A DNA stretch of 64,000 bases, from contig OZ320322.1 of NCBI GenBank assembly GCA_976226885.1, forward strand, positions 28,768,001 to 28,832,000, in the 5' to 3' direction. Both the position numbers and the translations under genes were made by a program. Below are positions 40,085 through 51,700 of the stretch, in pieces. Numbering within the stretch: position 1 is the first letter of the stretch; every line of letters starts with the position of its first letter. Origin of the DNA: Iphione sp. A-MEVVRFRX5. Its lineage: Eukaryota. The notes under the pieces were generated by a model. It ran no database searches. It saw only the letters and a program-made list of their open reading frames with translations, and was not told the DNA's origin.

Positions 40085-41869
40085 TTATCTATCTCTTTTA
40101 GCATCTTTTTACAGGTAATAGACCAAAAAAAAACATTCCAGGTTATGTGCTATACAAGTCGAAATTGTCCTGCATTCCTTTACTTAGGTACCACATTCTG
40201 TCCGTGACAACGACTTAGTTATGAGGGGTCACGCAGACTTGGGTTTAACCATATGAATAAACAGTGCAGTGCTTTTTTTGTCTTGAGACACCGACTGCCG
40301 CATAATTTTGGGCCTCGCAAGACACACTAGCGTGATAGACGGCGACAGGGAAAAGAGTGCGGCTCAAAAGTAGGAGACAAAGTGCGGGTGGAACGTGCGT
40401 AAAAGCTTGGCCAAGTGAGTGATCAGGGGCAGGGCTTGGGGTGAGTGATGTCCACTGGCGTGGGATAACACCCTGGTAGATCCACTGAGCTTCCCGCATG
40501 TTGCCCGGAGAGTGGCACAGACCCTCACACGCACACGGCCGTCCCCTCATAAACAAATAATGGCCGATTCATTAGACCCCTTGGCGGCCACGAGCAAGCC
40601 GGGAACAGTCTAAATTTGGAGACCCCCGTCTGTCGACATGACAATGACGTAGTGCCCAGGCTAAGTCCGGGCTAACCTCCAGCCTGCTCCAGTTGGTGAG
40701 GACCTCCCCGCACTCCGCCGCCCCCTTAATCTTATTCCTGTCACCTAATATGGGCCTTAATCTGCAATGCCCTCTACCTCGGCGGGCGAGGCTGGCCATT
40801 ATGTGTATCTCTGCACGGAGGGACATTCATTTCGCCCGTGATAATCTGTTAGATTTATTAAAGCCCTGGATGGGTCGGGGATGGGTGGGTGGATGGGGTT
40901 GGGGGTGGGGGTCAGGGACACAATGATAGATCAGATGGATTGAATAATGATGACCGTCATAAAGACCTCCCCTGCTGTACGGGAGGTCTCTTCCATCACG
41001 GCCTAGTTAATATTGTTAATTCTCTGGCAGGCTTTGCCACTCCAGCTAACTACGCCTCATACAAAGTGTGCGTGAGCCACTTACATAAGATGGGAAGGCT
41101 GGACACTACAAATGGCTGCGGGCCCACAGGAGGGTAACCAAATATACCCCCTGATAACAAAAGAGCATACAAAAGCTACTGTCCGCTACAAAAGTGTGTG
41201 GGTCCTCCTTTAGGCAACGCTCGATATTTATGTCTTTATACTGATGGTTGCAAGCATGCAATGGAAGGCGAATAAATCTCCTCCTAGCTTTCTACCCCAT
41301 CCTTCTTCCTGTTCTCAACTCCAACTCGGCCGCTGCTCTCCTTGTATCGGGTCGCTATTCCCTCACGCCCCTCCCGTATACTATACCTATTAGATTCTCC
41401 TACCATTTCTGGCTGAGCAACTTGCGGCGTTCTTCGGATAAACGGTCAATTTGATTGAATGATCGTTGTAAATCGAGTTGGGTAAACCACTCTTCTGTCG
41501 CAGCAAGGCGACCAGCTTTTGTAAACACATTTTGCACACAGCTCTAACGCCGAGGAAATTGACGGCCGGTCCAAACTAAACACAATGTCCTCCCCATTTT
41601 AACTTGCAGGCGTTCCATTTAAGATACTTTGGGTGAAGGATCTGAATTCTATTATTTCCGTGCAATTCCCTTTACGCTTTGTCTCCCTAACCCGAGGAAG
41701 TAGCATGAAGATTACATTATGGCCAATATAGTTGAATTCTGCGGTGATTACAAAAGCAGCGCTTGTATTGTCAGCTCATTCACATGCAGTCATACGGTTG
41801 ATTTCGTCAAGGAAGATAGGAACTCCTTTCTACAATTATGAAGACCGAAACTCTGCAGTTTGTGGATAG

Positions 41870-41945
41870 GATCGTGAATTTTAAAAACATGACGACAGCT
41901 TCCATCTTTTCACACTTATGACATTTTCTCTCCTCATCACAATCA
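41870..41945 (-). mobile_element. Possible LINE ORF2 C-terminal zinc-finger remnant
   Basis: Minus strand reads DEERKCHKCEKME and then, with one frameshift, SCRHVF. This fits Cx2C...E[ST]xxHxF. The final Cys is not seen. Confidence 0.3.
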
Positions 41946-43640
41946 CGCATTAGAGTCGTCCAAAATGTAAAATATCTAAATGCTCATCTGTAAAAAGTTT
42001 AGGCTTGGCACTATGACGGATAGTCTACATAATTATCTCCCACAAGATGATGCATTATATATGTAGGAATGCACAGAGTTCATGGAGTTGGACCTCGTCA
42101 AAAGGCTAACTTGATTTGCGAGGTGAAAGAGCCCAAACCACCGACACCGTAAGTCATTGACCTTTACCAAAAATACACGTCAACTCTCCCTATCGCTAGA
42201 CATTCTCAAAAGACTACTAGCCTGCTTCACGAATATTATACGGTTGTCTGGCGAGGTGTCCAGCACTGACAACAACTGAGAAAGCTGGTTTGTTCAACTA
42301 GCATTCCTAAAATTGATCCCCACACACCTGCGACATAAATCAGACGTGGGAGCTCCCCCCCCGCCCCCGACCGGGCCTGACCTCTGACCTCCTGCATCAA
42401 CAGGTTGCGGCTAGATTGTGTTCATAGTCAGACAACGGTTTATACACAGCGACGTCAGGGCTCATAGCCTCGGGGGCCCTGGCGGAGAAACCCCACATCT
42501 TCTTACGGTTATAGAACTGTCAGGAGTGTTAGATTTTTACCTTGGCCGCCTCCGGCGCGGTGAACATAACGACAGGCTGATGGAGATAGATTTTGGTGCG
42601 AGATCGTCCTATGGACCGCCACTCAGATGTATATTTATGGTGACGCTTAAGTCTTAAAATGATCTGCAATGCATCAGTGTCTCCAGCTTCAGTGACTTTA
42701 TTGAGAACAGGGGCGGTCCATGCGAGAAAAAAAACCTTACATAAAAATGTTGAAGGTCAAGTCACATCTATTACAGACTTTAATATTTCCCGGCGAGCGA
42801 CTGCCATGTGATTGATGGTAAGGTAATTATCGACAGGTAACAGTTATATGTTGCAGCGAGGAGTGTAACGGACAGAAAAACAGGGGGTCCCCCCTTTGCT
42901 ATGATCACATGTCGTGTTCCAGCATGCAAGGCAACCTTCCGTCAAGCGACTGCGTCACAGTTAATCGAGCTATCACTGCCGGGCGGCGAGCCAGTGGGGG
43001 ATCCAACTGACGGTGTCAAACAGCATGCCACTGACATACTGCCAGTCGCAGTATGGGTCAACGAACTAACTCAGGCAAACTATTGCATGTTTGGCGAGAA
43101 GCTCGATATGTGTGTATGGAGGGAGGGGGGGTAAAAGGCTTCTGAGAAATAGCTTTCGTCAGATAGAAAGGAGGCGTATTACGAGCATTGCTGAGCATGA
43201 ACGTGGGCGATATTTTCCAACCAAAAAGCCAGTAGAATATGCTCATGGAATTCGCAGTTGCGTGCGAATATGGAGCGTATATTGTTTTTATTCACCACTG
43301 TGTGTAATACTTCACTGCGGTCAGGCTGTCGCAAAGACAAACATAGTTGATAACAAATGGGCGAACGGTATCAGTATCTTCGTGCAGATATACTACAGAA
43401 AGATCAGCATAATGAACATAACATGAATTTAACAATTAGTGTAATGAATATTAATCAATTCGAATTAATGCGCCGTCTCGGAAATTTATATTCGAGGAGA
43501 CGTGTGCCCCGCGGATCTGTGTTTTGTCCTGTATTCTTTCCTTCTCCCGGTGGTCTTTCCGTGCGTTTTAAAAGTTGCTCCATTAAAGTTGTACGGGCCA
43601 CTCGATCAAACCAACCGTAATAGGTGCATTTGACAGCGTC

Positions 43641-43713
43641 GTAACCTTGGCGACCGTTGTCAGAACCATCTGGTAGGCTGTCACAAACACATGCCGATGG
43701 TTGCCATGGAAAT
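43641..43713. promoter_or_regulatory. Pair of RFX X-box-like motifs
   Basis: GTAACCTTGGCGAC (43641-43654) and GTTGCCATGGAAAT (43700-43713) are near-matches to the X-box GTTGCCATGGCAAC / GTNRCC-n-RGYAAC. Confidence 0.4.
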
Positions 43714-44199
43714 AGAGCAGAGACCATCGCAAGTCCAGAGGCCAAAAGGCAAGAAATCAATGGAAGCTCCAGCGAAGCCTTGTTGGTATTGAACATTAAG
43801 CCTGCTAATCGGTTGTGCTCTAAAATACGGAATTATATGATCACTGTTAACACTCCTCCTGGCAGGGATTATATAAACAGTATTCTTCCCGAGGCTAATA
43901 CCATCAACGCCGACTTGTTTCCACCTTTGAAGGACGCCTCGAAACTGGAAACCAATTTGATTAGGAATCAGAAGGGTGTGCTCTCATTTAATCATATCTC
44001 GGCGTGAAGAACCTGACAAGTGTTACAACACAGAACATCAAAAGCGCCGCTTTCTTATCGGTCTGTTTGCTGCCGCGATTGGAAAAACAAATGGAAGCCA
44101 CTATGACTGAGTTTCAAAAGGGCTTCAAGTTGCTGGCTTTTCAGCGTTTAGTAGTGGGCATAAGAACACATGGCGTTGACAATTTCGATTAAAGCCGGA

Positions 44200-44640
44200 G
44201 CAATAGGAGAAACAATGCGATTTTCAGGGCGGGGTAAGATGATCGGCCGTCGATCTGTGTTAATCCCTGAATGCAATCACAGCGACACGGTGGCCGGCGC
44301 GACAAGGAGATAACCACATCGACTTCAAAGCAGATCAAAGAGATACCACACGATTAGCCCGCGCATGCGCGACAATCACGTGACTTTCATTTATTAATTT
44401 CCACGTAATTATCGGCGTGGCGCAGGCGCGTCCCTCCATCGGCGCGATAACGGCGGACGCCGCTAAAGTTTCCGCCCGAGAGGCGACGGCGCGGTGGTCG
44501 TTTCCACGCGACAGGAAACGTTCACAAATCGCACGTAATGGCAACGAGAAGTGGTGCTAGAGGCGGGAAGAGCCGCATTAGTATCTCGTATATATCGGCG
44601 GGATATGATAGGTCAGGTGTTCTTCGATGAGAGGCGGACC
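44200..44640. promoter_or_regulatory. CpG island with a perfect NRF1 site and tandem TCF/LEF-type sites
   Basis: Dense CpG, GCGCATGCGC at 44361-44370, TTCAAAG at 44324 and ATCAAAG at 44334, and CACGTG nearby. Confidence 0.45.
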
Positions 44641-46491
44641 AGTAAATACTCATGGGCGCTATGTTCCGAGAGACAGAATGTAATTAGATCTGACACCAAG
44701 AAGGACGTTTTTCATCATTACGATTGGCTGTCTTTCTCTATTCTCGCGACTATTGTCTATAAACTATGGCCACATGTACGCACTTAGGGGAAATTAATGC
44801 CGTAATCCCTGGTGATAGAACGAATGCTTGTACACTAATCATGAGGTCAGATGATTTCTTTCTATCTGAGCCATCCGAAACTTTTGAATTGATTAAAACC
44901 TGCAGATCACTTCTTATTGTTGGAATTTGATGCAAGTCGCTAATGACAAAGAGAGAGGCGTACTACAACAGGTCCTGACTAAATATTTTGCGGATATGTC
45001 CTTGCTTTCAGAGGCAGGGATCAACTATTGTATTACATGTATGCAATTCGGTGGTGCACATGAGATTCAATAAGCATTTGAGGTTCGCCTGTGATAGATC
45101 TGTTGGATCATGTAGGAAGCCTTCCCATGTACACGTTTAACCGTTTCATTTGCATTGCCATGACATCTGAGAATGACCTGAAACGTACTAGAACCTAACC
45201 TGTCTGTTCATAGTGCATATGTCAAGGTAAGCCTGACTCAGATCATGCGTCAACCGACTTTTGTCCAACCAGATGCATGGGCATGACGGCTGTCAATTTG
45301 ATTTCAACAGCAGCAGTTCTCTACCTGGGCATTTTGAGGTCATTGTGTCTAGTGTAGTAAAACATACAGTCTGCAACATGAGGGTACGGGGATTTGGCAA
45401 TTAAGATAAAGCGGACACCATTGTCCGAAACGTGTACGTGGAAGAGCTGCCTTCTTCCTAATGCCTCCCATCGGTCCATTTGCGCCAAAAGTCACATCCC
45501 ATAGAGGATTACTTTGCAGTGTAGATACGGGCATTGATATAGCTTTGCCGTACGACATGTATATATACATGTACATGTATATAATATTGTTTATGGGTCA
45601 TGATTGTTATTTACTTTTCCTATTATTTCATATCTTCCATATTGTTCCCCTGGGTATTCCGAATTATACACCTTGACATTAGTACGACTCCAGTGGCTGA
45701 TACTGGCAATGAAGCAATACGCACTTTCAATGACCTTTCGCTCCCAATTCAAGGCAGCTCTAGATGCCACAAAGGACATCCTGAATTGATTCAGTCGAGA
45801 CGGCGCATACGTTATGAATCGGTACAACTGAGGTCAACTCAGTTGGCCTTATGAAACCATGGCCATACTCTTCGCAGAACAACATTATGAGTCGTTCCAG
45901 AAAAGCCCATTAACACAACCATGAGGTGAGGTCGCGTACAGCTCCATAATTTGGACATCTGGGTAAATGCTCACCATCCGTTGTCTTATCCAAGTTATAT
46001 TTTATACATGTATATTTGTTAACATGTACCGTACACTGACGGAGACATAGGTACACAGATGTACAGTGTACATTTGGATTATCATTTCCTTCCGAACTGA
46101 CCAGCAATGCTCTACACTTGTTTTGAATGAATTTAATAGATAGATACCCCTAGTGATAGGTTCTGTTCCTAATGGCTGAGGCCCACGTAGTACTTACTAA
46201 TGAATCGATAAATACTTAACAGAATAGTCATGCTACTAACTCTGTGATACATGCGTATGTATTTTCCTTTCTTAGATTTTTTAAAAATATGTTTTGCCAC
46301 TTTGACAATAGATATCCCACGTGATATTAGTATCAAGTATGACCAGGTAAGTGTTTCGTCAGCATCTAAGTTTTTTTTCAAAGTCTGGTCCCCGCTCTGC
46401 CTTTTTCTGCGTTCTGATCATGACAGCTATCTCATACCATCTTTATGATCTTTTGACATGGACATATCGATTTGGTGATATACAAAAAGTA

Positions 46492-46554
46492 ACTTACCAC
46501 AGCAGGGGGACGTCTCAATTATTAACAGGACTCACCTGGAAAGAGACAAATATG
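46492..46554 (-). other. Candidate recursive splice site with 38-nt cryptic RS-exon (46535-46498)
   Basis: Minus strand reads CATATTTGTCTCTTTCCAG|GTGAGTCC...CCTGCTGTG|GTAAGTT. The 38-nt exon has stops in all three frames. Confidence 0.55.
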
Positions 46555-49500
46555 TGTTTATTTTACATATTTTATTGGTTGTCTGTACACTGACGCATAT
46601 CTCAAGGACTACACAACCGTAGCGTTATTACAGTTAGGTCGTATATCAAAGTTTCCATAATTCTGCTATAAATAAGGCTATGTGAAACCTAAGTGTCACG
46701 GAGTGAAATTTATCCTTCTTTTATTACAGCTAGCGTTTGACGCATATGTCTAACTTTTTATGTTTACTTGTTCAGACTGCATGCATTATAATGGGGCAAG
46801 ACATGATAAATGAGTCAACAAAGGTAAAGAGGAATAATGCATGAACATGCCAGTTTTTTTTACCCTACAACAAGCTCAGCCTACGGGAGGCTTCAACCAA
46901 GCCCACAAGGCAATGACCTGCCTGAGGAGTAGGGGGTACTGTTTGTCGAAGGCGCTTGGTCACCACGTGTTTACAACTGTTGCTAACAACAGAAACCCGA
47001 GCCCGGCCCACTATCTGAGACCTACCCCCACTACCCCTCCTCCTTCCGTTTTCACTTTCCTCCCCAGCCTTTCCTTACAAAGCTAGTGACAGCAGACTGC
47101 CTGCATGCTTACCTGTGTACCCCATGACGTAGCATCCCCCCCATCGTCGTCCCTACTCGTTCCCACTCTCACCGCCCCCCCCACCTAAAACCATGTCGCC
47201 AATACCAATGAGGCCTATTTCCCTCTCAGGTTTCACTCAGACTTTCTATCCCTCCAGGGCTTGCTGATAGGCTACTGGGCATGCGGCAACCAGTTTGTCC
47301 CATCATGGCTGCGGGGGATCCCCTGACAATTATCATGAAAAAATCAAAAGCCATTGATTTTCTTGAATTAATTAATTCCGTTTCGTTGGGACTGGAGCAG
47401 ACAACTTCATTGACGGTATATCTCTAGTTACACCACTCGCCGGTACCGGTTCGGCCTCGACGGGCAGGAAACATGTATGGTGTGTGTCCTCTTCAAGCTG
47501 AAGAACACTCACCACTCATCCCAAGAATTCATCACATTAGGGCATGGTCACGTCGCGGATGCAATTGTATTATGCCGGCGAGGGCTTCTGTGAGCCTTTA
47601 GGATTCCTGTAGTACTGCGTGTTAAAGGCAGGATTTAATTGGATATGCCTGGCGACATGCGCCACTATCAGCACCTGTGTTCGGTGAAAAAGTATGATTT
47701 TGTTTCAATCCTACCAATTATTGTCTTTGGTATGGCAAACAAATCCGAAATTGTATTAAACGTATTTATTTATATTCTCTAACCACCGGTCAGAGAAAAA
47801 GCCATCAATAGTTGGTATACGAATTTGTCAGACGTATTGTTTAAATGGCTATGTTCTGGTTGCTTGGGGGTTGGTTTACTGGCAGTTATTCCAGTTCTTC
47901 TGCCCTTCGTCCTCATCATGCATGGATGACGACACCTTCCCCTGTGTGTATGCATACATACAAGCACCCCCCTGTCAGATGTATGCCGGCGTATATATAT
48001 ATGTCTCTCATCTTCATCCACAGCATCCATTGACATCAACAGAAAGCGGTATCACATGCAACGAGAGTGTTCATCTTGAATCTCTGTTGGATTATTAGAC
48101 CCATATGCATCAAATATAGCATCCCTTTAGAAAAAAAAAGAAAATATTGTTGACTGTATGACGTCTATCGGGTTTATTCATTTAAAATGCAATTCTCTAT
48201 GTCGGCAAGATTTTCGTTAACTCTACATGAATATCGCAGTATGTACATTCATTCGGCTTTGGTTTCGATCATATTTGAGGGATCCCCTACAAGACGACTG
48301 TCACATGACTCGTGTCGGATGATAAGAGAGTAGTAGAGGCCGCATTTCTCACCGCTACGAGCAACTTACAAAGAAAGCCATTACTAGGGAGCAAGACACC
48401 ATGTCCAGCGCACCCAGCGTTCGTCTTCTCAACCATAATCAGATCCATTTATGGAGGAGAAATACACGTAGGAAGTAAAAGGAAGCACCTGTAAATTATA
48501 TTCCCCGACACTCGGCTATTGAATTCGGCGCCAAGGGTTATCATGTGATAAGTGTTTCCTGCCTTTTCAGATAGGAGGCGCTGCGCTAGGAGTTGGCTCT
48601 TCATTCAGTCAATACCCTCCGGCGAGGAGCAGTGCATTTTAATTCGCTTAGAACGCCGGGCACTGACTTTCTTGGTAACTAACTGAGGTCCGGGCCGCCG
48701 GTGCGTAAAGACACGCCAGCGGTGAGGGGCCTACCGGGACAAATGGACAAATGGAACCGCATACATCGCCCTTGATGTAATTGAAAAATAACACAACCGG
48801 ACAGCGGGGATAAGCAGCGATGGAAATGCAAGTAGATCTGGTGGGAGATGGAGAGGGGGAAGGGCGAGGGGTAAAGCACGGGCGTCCAGAAATGGGGCCC
48901 TCCCAGATGGTAGGGCTGTGGAGGAAGTGAGTAGGGCAGTGGGCGACGACAGCGCCGCCAGCGGCGAGGGGGGTGGGCAATGGCTTTGTGTGGCGGGATG
49001 CGACATTTTGTATGACTATCATGCCCATCAGCAGTGCATTCACTCAGAAGGAAATAAACCCGATTCATCTTCATGAGAATCAGAGAGGCATACGTGGTGG
49101 GAAGGGTGGGAAGGGTGGGAGGGTGGCGTTGTGGTTTGGAGGTAGAGACGAAGGGGTGTGGGTGGGAGGCATTTGCAACCCCATTGCATTTATTCCATCC
49201 GCTTGCGCTCGTCTCTCACAATACAACGTGACCTGATTACACTGTTTTACTGTTCTTCATTTGCTCCTGGCGTAAACTGCAATGTCATATTCAAATCAGG
49301 TAATTTATCACACCAACAAGATGACTTTCTAAAAGCTTGCATGCAAACGGGCTGTGGCTTGTCAGAGATGTAAGTCATTTGTCACCCGGGCTCCCACGAT
49401 AAGGTGAAAGGCAGCCTGCAAGTACATGACAAATATGTGTCCACAAGGCACTCACTTTGAAACAAGTAAATTATATCTTAGCTTTGGTGGAGGGTAAGTT

Positions 49501-50736
49501 TTTATAACACAAACAGCTTTTTGTAAAAGACAAAAAAAAATGCATTTGTGCGTCTTCAGCACATCTTTAATGCAGACATTTAATGGCCGCAATACGTTAC
49601 AATCCATCTACACCGAAATAAAACACCGCCATAAAAGGGCACTTAGCATCAAACATTCATATTTTTAACAATTCGGAGTGGTACTTCTTATATGTTATAG
49701 ACACAGTTCGGTCAGCATGGTGTTTCCGTCACCGAGCAATAATTATTCTCATGGTAAGTTGGGGAGTGGGGTGGGGGTGGGGGCTGTGCGGTCCTGATAG
49801 TAGCTATTGCAGCAGCCTAGAGAATGACACTTGATTGGAAAATACAACCCTGTTTCTCTTGAGTATATTTCGAAGTGTTGATTTTAAAAAGCTCCAGCAC
49901 ATACTTGTGTCTACAAACACAATATTCCCTGACAGCAGGTGGACGGGGTAGCGAGAAGGGGAAAAAGGGAGTTGATTCGCACCTGTGCAAACCCGTGCAG
50001 GTGGGCCTTGTCCTGGAAGGTGGGCGGACCTATGATCATACCTCAAACACCAAGGTACACAAAGGAGACATACAGACACAGATTCGGCCGAGGTGTGTGC
50101 AGTTACTTGGAAAGGGTGCGCAATGAAATGGGGGACCCCAGCCATTTATGACAAGGCGAGGTAGAACACAAACTTGGTGGTCTCACGCCATCCACAGTCA
50201 GGCTTAATAATAGTTCTCAGCATGAGGTTTCGCGAGAGGGCTTAGTGGACGGTTTGTTTATAAAGATGGACGAGGACATTTTTGAAAGGTACATTTTCTT
50301 CCTTAAACTTTCGCCTCGCATAGCGCACAGCAAGGCGTCTCATACACCACCACCACCAGAAGAGCTTCTTTCAACGTAAACCTATGCAATTCACGTATGC
50401 AGAGGCAGATACGGAGCCGCTGTTCTTTCCGGCCAAGCCAGCCGGAGCAGCTCGCCTCTGCTTCTATGAAAATTAGACTGAGCTGCTCAGGTGGCGAGCC
50501 GGGGTCTTTTGGGGAAGTGGTCCCGCGTGTGATTACTGGACCACTTCAGTGGTGAATGAAAACAAGTGTAGATAAGCTTGTCTGGCGGACAGTGATTGAT
50601 TGGGCCCGGCTATGGATCCTTCCCTGGCTAGCGTACACACCTTCAGCCCCGAAACCCTCCCTTATACTCACGCATTCACACACACTCACGCACACACACG
50701 CACGCACACCCACCCCTTCTCCCCCATTCTTTGCAG

Positions 50737-50766
50737 GTGAAAGCACAATCCTGTTCAACATCCACA
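50737..50766 (+). other. Candidate 30-nt frame-preserving micro-exon
   Basis: CCCTTCTCCCCCATTCTTTGCAG|GTGAAAGCACAATCCTGTTCAACATCCACA|GTGAGT has a strong acceptor and donor and is open in two frames (VKAQSCSTST or ESTILFNIH). Confidence 0.35.
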
Positions 50767-51259
50767 GTGAGTAGGGGCCTCTTGAGACCATGCAGGGGTA
50801 AGAAAATCCATAATGCTCATACACGATGTACTAACGGTCAGTACAATATGCTCTTTTTGTGTAGAAAGTGTTCCCTCAACGGCTGTTTCCCGATGATACG
50901 GCGACTTACAGAAAAAGCACAAGAATAGGTCTACTGCACTCTTACCAGTTTACTGAGAAAGGATTGTCGGGAGGTTCGTTACCAAGTACATAGATGGCTT
51001 TGAGAGGAGTAAGAACTTTTGCAAAGCCTTCATGAATATGGAGTCCTAACTACACCCCCATGCATTTTATGACCAAATATTCATGATTCCTCGAATAGCT
51101 CCGCCTAGCGAATTATTCCACTGAACAAAAATCTAGTCTTTGAGATTAGAATAGAAAACCTCACCCATGTTGTGTTAACCGTTCGTGGGGTATACATGTG
51201 CACTATAGAGACTCACTTTGGCGCACTTCACACACCTCAACACAATACCGCGGCTAATA

Positions 51260-51700
51260 TGCTATGCGCACGTGAGCAGTTATCGGTCAGGCGCAGCGTG
51301 GGGGAAGGCCAGCCAGTTGACATCAGCAGCGAAAAGTCGGGAACAAAGCTGACCCTGACCGCACCGCGAGGAGACGACGTGGTCGCCGGCGGCGGCGGCG
51401 GCGGCGACCGCGCCACAAAAGCCCGGCCTTGTATCTGGTAATTGCCGTCCACAATGGCCGCCGCCAGGTCGGGGAGAGCAGCGAGCCAGCGACCGCGCCG
51501 CTCACACGCCGCGCACGGGCCGCGTTAAAACCGCGCGGCGATTCGCGCGCGTGCGGGCGGAGGGCGGTGTGAATTATACATGTAAATGCGCATTGAATTG
51601 AGGACAAGAGCGGCGCCGCAAGACCCCGCCGGCGCGCGGACATTAATCTTTTATGGCGGTGTGTGAAAAATCTGATGGTTGCATTATTGTAATTGAATAA
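51260..51700. promoter_or_regulatory. Very CpG-dense island with adjacent homeodomain-type sites
   Basis: (GGC)n at ~51386-51405 and repeated CGCG stretches, then ATTAAT and TTTATGG (51650-51656) and TAATTG. Confidence 0.4.
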
